Source of the DNA: Candidatus Velthaea sp.
GTDB taxonomy: Bacteria > Vulcanimicrobiota > Vulcanimicrobiia > Vulcanimicrobiales > Vulcanimicrobiaceae
Assembly (NCBI GenBank): GCA_050012475.1
Contig: JBEKHC010000049.1
Span: forward strand, 1-37,004
Length of the DNA stretch: 37,004 nucleotides
Direction: 5' to 3'
Part shown: positions 18,295-26,679 of the stretch, piece by piece
Numbering within the stretch: the first letter of the stretch is position 1
How the letters are laid out: each line of letters begins with the position of its first letter
Made by a program: the position numbers and the translations under genes
Notes under the pieces: model-generated
Told to the model about the DNA's origin: nothing
What the model saw: the letters and a program-made list of their open reading frames with translations, nothing else
Database searches by the model: none

Positions 18295-18923
18295 CTCGCG
18301 TAGATGTCTTTGGTATGCCAGGCGATGTTCTGCGCGCGATCACCGACGCGCTCGATGATCGAAATGACGAACAGCAGCAAGGTTCCAGCCGGAACGACAT
18401 GCGGATCTTCCTGCATCTCGCGCTGCAAGGCGGCGATGCCGTCGCGATACATCTCGTCGACCTCGTCGTCGCGTTCGATCACCGCGTCGCAAAGATCGCT
18501 GTCGCCTTCGCGATACGCGCGCAGAACGTCCGAGAGCATCGCTTGCGCAAGTGAAGCGATGCGCCCGATCTCGACCGTCGCTGGGCGAATCGGCACGTCG
18601 GCGAGCTTCATCGCGTTCTTCGAGATGTCGACCGCGTAGTCACCGATGCGCTCGAGATCGGTCACGATCTGAAGCATGCCGGCGATCGAGCGCAGTTCGC
18701 CCGCGACGGGCTGCTGCTTCCAGATCAGTTCGATGCACGACGCTTCAACGGAGCGGCGCATCTCATCGATCTCGTCGTCACCTGCGATCACCCGGCCGGC
18801 CAGCGTCACATCGCGGCGCTGCAGCGCCTGCGTGGCCGAATGAACGGCATCTTCGGCGAGCGCCCCGAGGCGCACGACGTCCAGGCGCGTGTTCTCCAGG
18901 GTCTGGTGGTACGCTGTCCGCAT
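18291..18923 (-). CDS. phoU: Phosphate signalling protein PhoU
   Basis: GDDEID, QQPVAGELR, DLERIGDYA, DDEVD, ERVGDRAQNIA. Confidence 0.95.
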   Translation of the reverse strand: MRTAYHQTLENTRLDVVRLGALAEDAVHSATQALQRRDVTLAGRVIAGDDEIDEMRRSVEASCIELIWKQQPVAGELRSIAGMLQIVTDLERIGDYAVDISKNAMKLADVPIRPATVEIGRIASLAQAMLSDVLRAYREGDSDLCDAVIERDDEVDEMYRDGIAALQREMQEDPHVVPAGTLLLFVISIIERVGDRAQNIAWHTKDIYAR

Positions 18924-18967
18924 GATCCGCTTATTCCACCAAACGCACACGAGTCCGCGCGAGGGTG

Positions 18968-18995
18968 AAAAAAAAGGGGCGCCCGGTGCCACCCC
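18968..18995 (-). terminator. Intrinsic-terminator-like hairpin with U8 tract upstream of phoU
   Basis: Minus strand GGGGTG..CGCCCC followed by T8. Confidence 0.5.
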
Positions 18996-19010
18996 CCAAA
19001 GCCGAGCGTG

Positions 19011-19799
19011 ATGGATGATTCTTCTTTGGTCCTGACCAGCGTCGACGCCGGCGTCGCGACGCTCACCCTCAATCGGCCTAAGGTACGCAACGCGCTCAAC
19101 GCGCCGTTGCTCGACGCGCTCGCACAAGCCCTCCACGCGGCCGAGGCAAATTCCGAGGTGCGAGCGATCATTCTCACGGGCTCCGGCGACAAAGCGTTCG
19201 CGGCCGGCGCCGATATCGGCGAGCTCAGCGCGCTTCCCAGCAGCGTCGTCGGCGCCGCATTGGCGCGGCGCGGTCAGGCGCTCACGCGCACGATGGAACT
19301 GCTGCGCACACCGATCGTCGCTGCCGTCAACGGCTTCGCGCTCGGCGGCGGCTGCGAGATGGCGATGGCGGCCGACATCCGGATCGCCAGCGAGAACGCA
19401 GCCTTCGGCCAACCCGAAGTCAATCTGGGGGCGATCCCCGGATACGGCGGCACGCAGCGCATGTCGCGGCTCGTCGGTCGCGGCATGGCGATGTACCTGT
19501 GCTTGACCGGCGAAATCATCAACGCGCAGGAGGCGCTGCGGATCGGGCTGGTTCAGCGCGTCGTGCCGCTGGCGGACTTGCTGGGTGAAGCGCGACGGGT
19601 CGCCGGTCTGATCGCCGCCAAAGCACCGCTGGCGATCGCTGCGACGAAACGCGCTATCGACGAAGGCATCGGCCTGTCGATCGCCGAGGGACTGGCCATC
19701 GAGGCGCTGCACTTCGGAACGATGGTCGGCACGGCGGATTTCCGCGAAGGCACCAAGGCGTTCGTCGAAAAACGCGCCGCCGTGTTCACCGGCGAATAA
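19011..19799 (+). CDS. Enoyl-CoA hydratase/crotonase
   Basis: LNRPKVRNALN, FAAGADI, NGFALGGGCE, FGQPEVNLG.IPGYGGTQR. Confidence 0.95.
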   Translation: MDDSSLVLTSVDAGVATLTLNRPKVRNALNAPLLDALAQALHAAEANSEVRAIILTGSGDKAFAAGADIGELSALPSSVVGAALARRGQALTRTMELLRTPIVAAVNGFALGGGCEMAMAADIRIASENAAFGQPEVNLGAIPGYGGTQRMSRLVGRGMAMYLCLTGEIINAQEALRIGLVQRVVPLADLLGEARRVAGLIAAKAPLAIAATKRAIDEGIGLSIAEGLAIEALHFGTMVGTADFREGTKAFVEKRAAVFTGE

Positions 19800-19809
19800 C
19801 GCCTCGCAC

Positions 19810-19858
19810 ACCCGTCGGGCTTCGCCCGGCGGGCGGCTCGAGCGAAGCCGCGACGGGT
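19810..19858. repeat. REP-like branched palindrome/bidirectional terminator between convergent genes
   Basis: ACCCGTCG...CGACGGGT encloses CGGGC-TTC-GCCCG and GCGGCT..AGCCGC hairpins. Confidence 0.55.
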
Positions 19859-19871
19859 CGATCAGAGCATT

Positions 19872-21923
19872 CTAGGACGGATCGGCGGCGAGTTCCCAGG
19901 CGTTCCAGTAATCCCGGCCGAGCACGTTGGGCCGAAAACCGCGCAGCCGCTTGTTGACGGCGTAGGTGCGGCGCTCGAAGCCCAGCGGAATGATCGGCAA
20001 TGCTTCGACGAGCCGGTTGCCCGCGTCGCGATAATGCGGCGCGCGGGCAGCCGGGTCGTATGTTTGCGCGCCGAAGACTTCGTCGAGATCGTAGCGGCGA
20101 TCGCAAAAAAACATCGAATTGCCGCCTCCCGGCGGAACCGCGGCGCAGCCGAAAAGATACGAGCGATCGGGATCGAGCGTGGGCGACCACGACGTGAGCG
20201 CGAGGTCGTAGCGCGCGCTCTCCAGCGTGCCGCCCGCATCTTTGGGCGCCCAGAATTGGGCTTCGGAATAGCTGCGGATGTTGGCCGTGATGCCGACGGC
20301 GGCAAGATCGCCGGCCAGCGCGATCGCGACTCGGGCGCTGTTGCGCCAGTGCGCGGCGATCGCGAAGTCGAGCGTGAACGTTCTGCCGCGCAGCAGCCGC
20401 CGCGCCGCGGCCGGATCGAACGCCGGCAAATGCTCCGTCGCCCGATAGCGGCCGTCGGATTGCACGCCGTCGGTGGGGACCAGCGTCGAACGGTACACTT
20501 TCGCAGCCAGGCCGCGGCGGTCGATCGCCAGCGCGATCGCCCGGCGCACGTTGGCATCGCGCAGCGGCGGCGAGCGCAGATTGAGCTCCAGGTAATCGAC
20601 GATATTGGTGGTGGTGGCGCGCAGCTGCAGCGCCGGAACGGCGCGCGCGGCGTCGAGGTCGAGGCCGGCGACTTCGATCACGTCGAGGTCGCCGGTCTGC
20701 GCGAGTAACAGCCGCGTCGCGGCGTTCGGCACGACCGCGACGGTCAGGCTCGGACTGCGGGCGTTTCCGCGCCAATAATAGGGATTGCGCGCGAACTCCA
20801 GGCGTTCGCCGCGCTTCCAGCGCGTTAACCGGAACGGCCCCAGACCAACCGGATCGGTATCGAGCGAACTCTGATCCAGCGACGCATAGCGCGCCGCGAT
20901 GTGGCGCGGCAAAATGCTGAACGGATCGTTCGCGCCGGCGCTCAGAAACGATGCGACGAAGGGCGCTGAAGGCATTCTGAGCCGGACGACCAGCGTGTGG
21001 GGATCGGGAACTCGGTACGACGCGATCGCCGCAACCGTCGAAGTGTCGGGAACCGCCGTGCGCGGATTACGCAGCGCCTCGATGGTGTACGCTACGTCGC
21101 GCGCGTCGAAGGGTTCGCCGTCCGACCACTTCCCGGTGCGAATGCGATACGTGATGGTCCGCCCGTCGGGCGAAATTCCGCCGTTCGCCCGCGACGGAAC
21201 GGCGAACGCGCGATCGGGAACGAGCCCGCCGCGGTCGTCGACGAGAAAGAGATAGCCTTGCGTGAGCGGCCCCAGTTCCCAGCCGAAGGGCGTATTGCGA
21301 ATGGTGTCGAGGGAATTGGGATCGTCCTCGATGGCCAGCGTCGGGGGTTTGACGGTTGCCGCTTCGGCCGGCGCGGCCTCGAAAAGCGCTCCGGCACTGC
21401 GCGCGACTTTCCGGTAGCGCTCGCGCGCGTCGGCCATCGCTCGCTCGACCGCCGGGTTGAAGCCGATCCACTTGGCCCGCACCAGCCCGGCCGGATCGAC
21501 CACGACCATCGTCGGAAAACCGTTCACGCCGAACGCGTGCGCAGCAATCAAGTCCGGATCGAGAACGACGTTCGCCAACCGGTGTGCGCGCGCATAGTCG
21601 CGTGCGGTCGCGGCCGTCTCGCCGACATCGACGGCGACGACGTCGATATCGCCGTGGGCTCGGGCGTAGCGCTCGACGAGCGGCAGCGACTCCTTGCACG
21701 GCTCGCACCAGGAAGCCCAGAAGTCCAGAAACACGACCCGGCCGTGGTGCGCGGCCAACGAAAAACGGCCGCCCTCAAGCGCTGCCAAGGAGACCGGCGG
21801 CGCCGGCGCGGCCGCTTCGGGCGTCAGCCGCGGCTGGATGAAAAAGTGAAACAGCGCGTAGAGCACTATCAGGATCGCGACGCCGTCGAGCCCCCGCGAA
21901 AGCCATCGGCGCGAAAAAGGCAT
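19872..21923 (-). CDS. Fusion: TM anchor + TlpA/ResA thioredoxin + family 5 (peptide/nickel) ABC substrate-binding domain
   Basis: FWASWCEPC and GFPT, then in the same frame DPNSLD, ISPDGRTITY, KWSDGEPF, PVGLGPF, NPYYW, VRRAIALAIDR. Confidence 0.88.
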   Translation of the reverse strand: MPFSRRWLSRGLDGVAILIVLYALFHFFIQPRLTPEAAAPAPPVSLAALEGGRFSLAAHHGRVVFLDFWASWCEPCKESLPLVERYARAHGDIDVVAVDVGETAATARDYARAHRLANVVLDPDLIAAHAFGVNGFPTMVVVDPAGLVRAKWIGFNPAVERAMADARERYRKVARSAGALFEAAPAEAATVKPPTLAIEDDPNSLDTIRNTPFGWELGPLTQGYLFLVDDRGGLVPDRAFAVPSRANGGISPDGRTITYRIRTGKWSDGEPFDARDVAYTIEALRNPRTAVPDTSTVAAIASYRVPDPHTLVVRLRMPSAPFVASFLSAGANDPFSILPRHIAARYASLDQSSLDTDPVGLGPFRLTRWKRGERLEFARNPYYWRGNARSPSLTVAVVPNAATRLLLAQTGDLDVIEVAGLDLDAARAVPALQLRATTTNIVDYLELNLRSPPLRDANVRRAIALAIDRRGLAAKVYRSTLVPTDGVQSDGRYRATEHLPAFDPAAARRLLRGRTFTLDFAIAAHWRNSARVAIALAGDLAAVGITANIRSYSEAQFWAPKDAGGTLESARYDLALTSWSPTLDPDRSYLFGCAAVPPGGGNSMFFCDRRYDLDEVFGAQTYDPAARAPHYRDAGNRLVEALPIIPLGFERRTYAVNKRLRGFRPNVLGRDYWNAWELAADPS

Positions 21924-21982
21924 TGCCGTGAAATTTCGGTCCGCAGGGATTAGGTACCCCTCGGGACGCAATACAGGCGGTC

Positions 21983-22930
21983 ATGGCCACCGTCCGAGCG
22001 CCTGCAATTTCTATCGATGCACGTTCTCTGCCCGAAACGAATCGAAGCGCGAGAATCTTTGAAGCCTTCGACCGGCTCGCGATCGGCGGCGTGCTCGAAC
22101 TCAACGAAGAAACCGACCCGCGGTCGCTGCGCAACGAATTCGCGCAGTACCGGCCGGGCCGCTTTTCCTGGGACGCGCGCAACCGCGGTTCCGGCCGCTG
22201 GACCATTCGGCTGGAACGAATCGACGAGCGCGCCGACACCGCGACGTTCATTTCGCACTGCGCGCCGTTCGCCAACGCGAAGCAGTCCACGATCGCCGAA
22301 CTCGCCTTGACGGCTGCCGAACGCAGTTACCGGCAGAGCGACACGATCTTCGATGAAGGCGAGGTCTGGCCGTATTTGGCCTTCGTGCGCAGCGGCAAAG
22401 TCGTGTACACCTTGCTCTCGCCCGACGGTAAGACGCATTCGCTGGGCGAACGCCTGACTCACGATCCGCTCAACGAATCGGGCACGTTCGACGGCGGCGG
22501 TGCAACGACGCGGGCGGAAGCGTTGACCGACGCCACCATCGTCACCATTCCGGCCGAAGCGGTGCTGCACGCGGTGCGCAACGACAGCGAGCTGGCCTTG
22601 GGCTTCCTCACCGCGGCATCGCAGGCGCGCCGGCGCTCGATCGACACGATCGCCGACCTGGCATTCGCACACGTGCTGCAGCGCGTGGCGAAGTTTCTGA
22701 TGTCGTACGCGCCGGCCACGACGGGGATGGCGCCCGGGCTGCCGGGCGTGGAAAACTTGTCGCAGGCGCAGATCGCGGCTGCCGCCGGGACCGTGCGCGA
22801 CATGGCCGCGCGCGCGCTCTTACGGCTCAAGAACGCAGCCGCGGTCGATCTCGATCGCGGCCGGGTGAAAGCCATCGATCGCGCGCGCCTGTCCTCGTTC
22901 GCACACGGCGTGCAGGCGCCGCCGGTCTAA
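21983..22930 (+). CDS. DUF2249-like domain + Crp/Fnr-family transcription factor
   Basis: IDARSLP..RIFEAFDRL..DPRSLR..F..RPGRFSW..W.IRL; cNMP-type barrel IFDEGE..SGKV; HTH LSQAQIAAAAGTVRDMAARAL. Confidence 0.85.
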   Translation: MATVRAPAISIDARSLPETNRSARIFEAFDRLAIGGVLELNEETDPRSLRNEFAQYRPGRFSWDARNRGSGRWTIRLERIDERADTATFISHCAPFANAKQSTIAELALTAAERSYRQSDTIFDEGEVWPYLAFVRSGKVVYTLLSPDGKTHSLGERLTHDPLNESGTFDGGGATTRAEALTDATIVTIPAEAVLHAVRNDSELALGFLTAASQARRRSIDTIADLAFAHVLQRVAKFLMSYAPATTGMAPGLPGVENLSQAQIAAAAGTVRDMAARALLRLKNAAAVDLDRGRVKAIDRARLSSFAHGVQAPPV

Positions 22931-22948
22931 GCGGCGCCCGGCCCCCGC

Positions 22949-23140
22949 TCAGTCCTGCGGTTCGAACACGCCCGCGACGAGACCGGCGGCGATCATCGCG
23001 ACGAAAATGACGCCCGTCCAAATCCCCGCCGCCGGCGCTAATCGCTGCAAGGCAAGTGCCGCGACAACGGCCGCCGCCACGGCTGCCGGTGCCCGGCGCG
23101 AGTCGCCGGCGACGAACGTCCAGATCGCGCGCACGTTCAC
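22949..23140 (-). CDS. Small membrane protein (63 aa)
   Basis: GTG overlaps the upstream stop; WTFVAGD followed by two hydrophobic helices. Confidence 0.65.
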   Translation of the reverse strand: MNVRAIWTFVAGDSRRAPAAVAAAVVAALALQRLAPAAGIWTGVIFVAMIAAGLVAGVFEPQD

Positions 23141-23880
23141 GCCGCCACGTGCATCTCGCCTCGCAACCGGCGCGCGGCCGCGATCGTCGCCCCCGCCACC
23201 GCCAGATAGACGGCGACGATCAGCGGCAGCGAGGCATCCCCGCGCCACCAGCCGATGCCCAAACCTTCACCGCTCCAAAACGTTCCGAACGACGTGAGCA
23301 TCACGCCGACGATGAACTTGAGCAGATTTTCCGGAACCCGGCGCAGCGGCCGGCGCAACGCAACGCCGGCTGCCGCAACGCCGACGATCGCAAGCGCGGC
23401 GCCGAGGCCCGCCCAGCGAAGTGCCGCGGGCGACGACGCGCCGATGGTCAGCACGATGACCGCGACCTCGAGCCCTTCGAGCAGCACGGCGTTGTACGCC
23501 GTTGCAAAGCCGAGCCGGTCGGAACCGCCGGCGGGCGGCGCAGCGCGCAACGCGCCGATCTCGCGCGCATAGATCGCGCCTTCGTCGTGGAGCGCCTTGC
23601 GGCCGCTGTAGCGCAGAATGGCCTTGCGCAGCCACGCCAGGCCGAAGAGCAGCAAGAAGATGCCGATTACCAGTTCGAGCGCGGCAAAGGGTACCCAGCG
23701 GACGATCGCGGGCCCGAAGCTGAGCACGATCGCAGCCAAGGTCGCCAGCGCCCACGACATGCCGGCCAGCGCCGGGCGCCACGAGCGCGTGGCGCCGACC
23801 GCCAGCACGACGGTGAGCGCTTCGACGGCTTCAACCGCGGACGCCAGGAATGACGTCGAGGCAAGCAGCCAGGCCGTCAC
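23137..23880 (-). CDS. COG4280/TMEM165-GDT1-like membrane protein
   Basis: VEAVEALTVVLAVG, WLRKAILR, LLEGLEV, VPENLLKF, FGTFWSGEG. Confidence 0.8.
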   Translation of the reverse strand: MTAWLLASTSFLASAVEAVEALTVVLAVGATRSWRPALAGMSWALATLAAIVLSFGPAIVRWVPFAALELVIGIFLLLFGLAWLRKAILRYSGRKALHDEGAIYAREIGALRAAPPAGGSDRLGFATAYNAVLLEGLEVAVIVLTIGASSPAALRWAGLGAALAIVGVAAAGVALRRPLRRVPENLLKFIVGVMLTSFGTFWSGEGLGIGWWRGDASLPLIVAVYLAVAGATIAAARRLRGEMHVAA

Positions 23881-23947
23881 GCGTCGACGGACGGGCCATC
23901 GCCCGGCCCCTGCTTCGGACGGTCGTGGTGGGTCGGCATCTCGGATC

Positions 23948-24976
23948 CTACTCGGACGTGGCCGATTTGTCGCGGCTGCGGCCGAGCAACGATTCGTTGC
24001 CGCCCGCCAGATCCAGGAACCGCACCGCTTGGCCGAACGTATCGACGGGGATGACGCGCAGTTCGCGTTCCCCCGCAACGTCGCGGTAATTCGCGCGCGG
24101 CACGAAGAAGACGCGCGCGCCGGCGCGCTTCGCGGCAATCAGCTTTTGCGGCGTCCCTTCGATCTGGCCGACGCGCCCGTCGAGCGCAATCGTTCCGGTT
24201 CCGGCAAAGCTGCGCGCATCGGCATGCCCGGGCGCGCGCAGCCCGTCGTAGATCCGCAGCGCCATCATCAGCCCGCCCGAACTGCCGCCCACGTCGCCGA
24301 TCGAATAATGCACGGGGACCGCCAGCCGCACCGGGCCGAACCGTTCGCCCAACATCACGCCCAAGCGCGTTTTCCCACCCAGCAGCACCGTGCGGATGGT
24401 GATCACCCGCTCGCCTCCGGTCCCGGCAATCCCGATCCGAACCGGCGCCCCCGGCCTTTTGCGCGCAAGGGCTTCCCGCACGTCGATTCCGGCATGCACC
24501 GCCCGCCCATCGATGCTTGCAATGACGTCGCCGACCGTCAGGTGGCCGCGCGCCGCGGACGCCGCGTCGATCGATTCCACCTCGACGCGCGAAGCGGGGA
24601 GCGGAACGTGCAGGCCCACGGCGCGCTCGGCGACGACGGCCGCCGTCGACTGGCTGTGCGTCATCGCGGTGTTCATCGAGTCCTCGAAGCGCTGGCCCGA
24701 AACGCCGCTGGGAACGACCGCATCGGCGCTCGTCACCGTCACTCCGGGAAAGAGCACCAGCATCAAGCGCAGCGGCGACGCGCGGATCAAGCGCACGTCG
24801 GTCAGAAAGAACCGGTCGCGCGGGGCGGCCGTCGTGCCGACGGTCACCGCCTGGGAAAGGTCGATTGCCGCACCGGGTGCGACCAAGTACAACGGCAACG
24901 GCAACACGGCCGCGACGCCCAGCACCGCGGTCGCGATCAGGACGCCGGTAAACCACCGGCCGCGCCGCCGCACCAA
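23948..24976 (-). CDS. YlbL-like PDZ/Lon-type S16 protease
   Basis: N-terminal TM, PDZ (GDVIASIDG), GGSSGGLM (Ser), GTGTI..DGRVGQI...QK (Lys). Confidence 0.88.
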   Translation of the reverse strand: MVRRRGRWFTGVLIATAVLGVAAVLPLPLYLVAPGAAIDLSQAVTVGTTAAPRDRFFLTDVRLIRASPLRLMLVLFPGVTVTSADAVVPSGVSGQRFEDSMNTAMTHSQSTAAVVAERAVGLHVPLPASRVEVESIDAASAARGHLTVGDVIASIDGRAVHAGIDVREALARKRPGAPVRIGIAGTGGERVITIRTVLLGGKTRLGVMLGERFGPVRLAVPVHYSIGDVGGSSGGLMMALRIYDGLRAPGHADARSFAGTGTIALDGRVGQIEGTPQKLIAAKRAGARVFFVPRANYRDVAGERELRVIPVDTFGQAVRFLDLAGGNESLLGRSRDKSATSE

Positions 24977-24990
24977 GGGTGCGGGGCGGC

Positions 24991-25572
24991 TTACTTGCTG
25001 TGGACCGACTCGAGTTCGGCGGTTTCGCGCAGCGTCTGCGCGTTCTGCGCATCGAACGCGACGCGTTTGGACTTGGCGGCCGCATCGGCTAACGGCGCAG
25101 GCGGCGGAGCCGAAGTGTTGTCGCTGGCGCCGCGCGGCCCGGCCAACGCCTCGACACCTTTCTTCACTGAGCCCAACACGGTGGTCAAACGCGCGTCGAG
25201 TTCCCCCAGAACGTGCGCCGCGTACGCATCGGCGCCCGCCGCGATGCGCTGCGCTTTTTCCTCGGCATCGCGCAGCACGATCTCGGCGCTGCGCTTGGCT
25301 TGACGCACGATCTCGTGTTCGTCGATCATCGCGGCATGCGCCGTCGAAGCTTCGGTGACGATCGACTGCGCGCGTTCTTGCGCTTCACGCAAGACGCGAT
25401 CTTTGTCTTTGGCGATCAAGCGCGCGCGGCCGACTTCTTCGGGCAACGTCGCACGCATCTTCTCGATGAACTCCACCAACCGCTCTTCGCTCAAGACGCG
25501 ATACTTGAGCGGCAGCGCCGTGCCGTCTTTGATGTACGCCTCAAGTTTGTCGATCACACGATATATGGACAA
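24991..25572 (-). CDS. Coiled-coil protein typical downstream of coaD (ATP synthase b-like/SepIVA-like)
   Basis: LPEE..RA, coiled coil, GADAYA motif; AAGGAG RBS with TTG start; synteny. Confidence 0.75.
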   Translation of the reverse strand: MSIYRVIDKLEAYIKDGTALPLKYRVLSEERLVEFIEKMRATLPEEVGRARLIAKDKDRVLREAQERAQSIVTEASTAHAAMIDEHEIVRQAKRSAEIVLRDAEEKAQRIAAGADAYAAHVLGELDARLTTVLGSVKKGVEALAGPRGASDNTSAPPPAPLADAAAKSKRVAFDAQNAQTLRETAELESVHSK

Positions 25573-25605
25573 GTGTGGCTCCTTTTCATCGGGGCGTTTG
25601 CCGGT

Positions 25606-26127
25606 TCATACCGGAGGCACCGGCGCGCGTTTCGCGTGCAGACTGCGCAAGACCGGCGGGGGAACGTACTGATCGATTTCGCCGCCCAGAAAAAACACTT
25701 CTTTGACCAAACTCGAACTCAAAAACGAAAAGCGCGGGTCACTCGGCAAAAACACCGTGTCGACGCCGGACAGCGACCGATTCATCAGCGCAGTCGACAT
25801 CTCGCTCTCGAAATCCGAAACGACGCGCAACCCTTTGACGATCACATCGATATGTTGCACTTTGACGAAGTCGGCTAACAGCCCCCGGAAATCTGCTACT
25901 TCGACGTTGTCCACATGGCGCATCGACTCGGCGATGAGCTTCTTGCGCTCCTCGAGCGAAAATAACGGCTCCCGTTTTTGCGGGTTCACCACGACGGCAA
26001 CCAGGACGCGGTCGAAAATTTGGGCCGCGCGTTCGATCACATCGACATGCCCGCAGGTGAGCGGATCGAACGAACCCGGATAGATCGCCCCGATCCCGCG
26101 CCGCGTTCCGTTGAAGGCAACGCTCAT
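25606..26127 (-). CDS. coaD: Phosphopantetheine adenylyltransferase
   Basis: YPGSFDPLTCGH, KGLR..SDFESE, LSSSLVKE. Confidence 0.97.
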   Translation of the reverse strand: MSVAFNGTRRGIGAIYPGSFDPLTCGHVDVIERAAQIFDRVLVAVVVNPQKREPLFSLEERKKLIAESMRHVDNVEVADFRGLLADFVKVQHIDVIVKGLRVVSDFESEMSTALMNRSLSGVDTVFLPSDPRFSFLSSSLVKEVFFLGGEIDQYVPPPVLRSLHAKRAPVPPV

Positions 26128-26675
26128 GCCGCCGCCTGCAGAAACGAGAGCGCGACCGCACCGTAGCGCGCCGTCCGCACGACCGTAAAGCGCGCATCAT
26201 CCGGTGCGGCAGCGCTCGAACTATGTTCGTAAATCACCAGCGACTCGCGATCGAGCGCGCCGCACTCGCGCAATCGTCCGAACAGCCCGGCCGGATACGG
26301 CTGCGCGTACGGCGGATCGGCGAAGACGAGGTCGTACCGCTCGCCCGGCCGCAGCGGGGTGCGTTCTGCGGGCGCCGCGATGACCGTGCAGCACTCGGCG
26401 AGTCCGAGGCGAACGGCGGTCTGCGCGAGCCCGGCTGCCGTCCGGCGGTGCGACTCGACGAACGTGACGTGCGCGGCACCGCGCGAAAGCGCTTCAAAGC
26501 CCAGGGCCCCGCTGCCGGCGAAGAGATCCAAAACACGCGCACCATCGATTCGATTGCCGAGGATAGAAAATAGCGCCTCTTTGACGCGTGCTGGGGTGGG
26601 ACGAACGGCGCGTCCGCTCGGTGCAGACACACGCCGGCTCCGGAGCGTTCCCCCGGTCAATCTGAGCGTGCCCAT
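26124..26675 (-). CDS. rsmD: 16S rRNA m2G966 methyltransferase
   Basis: RPT..RVKEALFSIL, LDLFAGSGALGFEALSRGA, DPPY. Confidence 0.95.
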   Translation of the reverse strand: MGTLRLTGGTLRSRRVSAPSGRAVRPTPARVKEALFSILGNRIDGARVLDLFAGSGALGFEALSRGAAHVTFVESHRRTAAGLAQTAVRLGLAECCTVIAAPAERTPLRPGERYDLVFADPPYAQPYPAGLFGRLRECGALDRESLVIYEHSSSAAAPDDARFTVVRTARYGAVALSFLQAAA

Positions 26676-26679
26676 CCGA

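Noticed and set aside
18291..19811. 506-aa PhoU ORF
   Set aside because: The extension is antisense to the enoyl-CoA hydratase gene; PhoU homology starts at 18923
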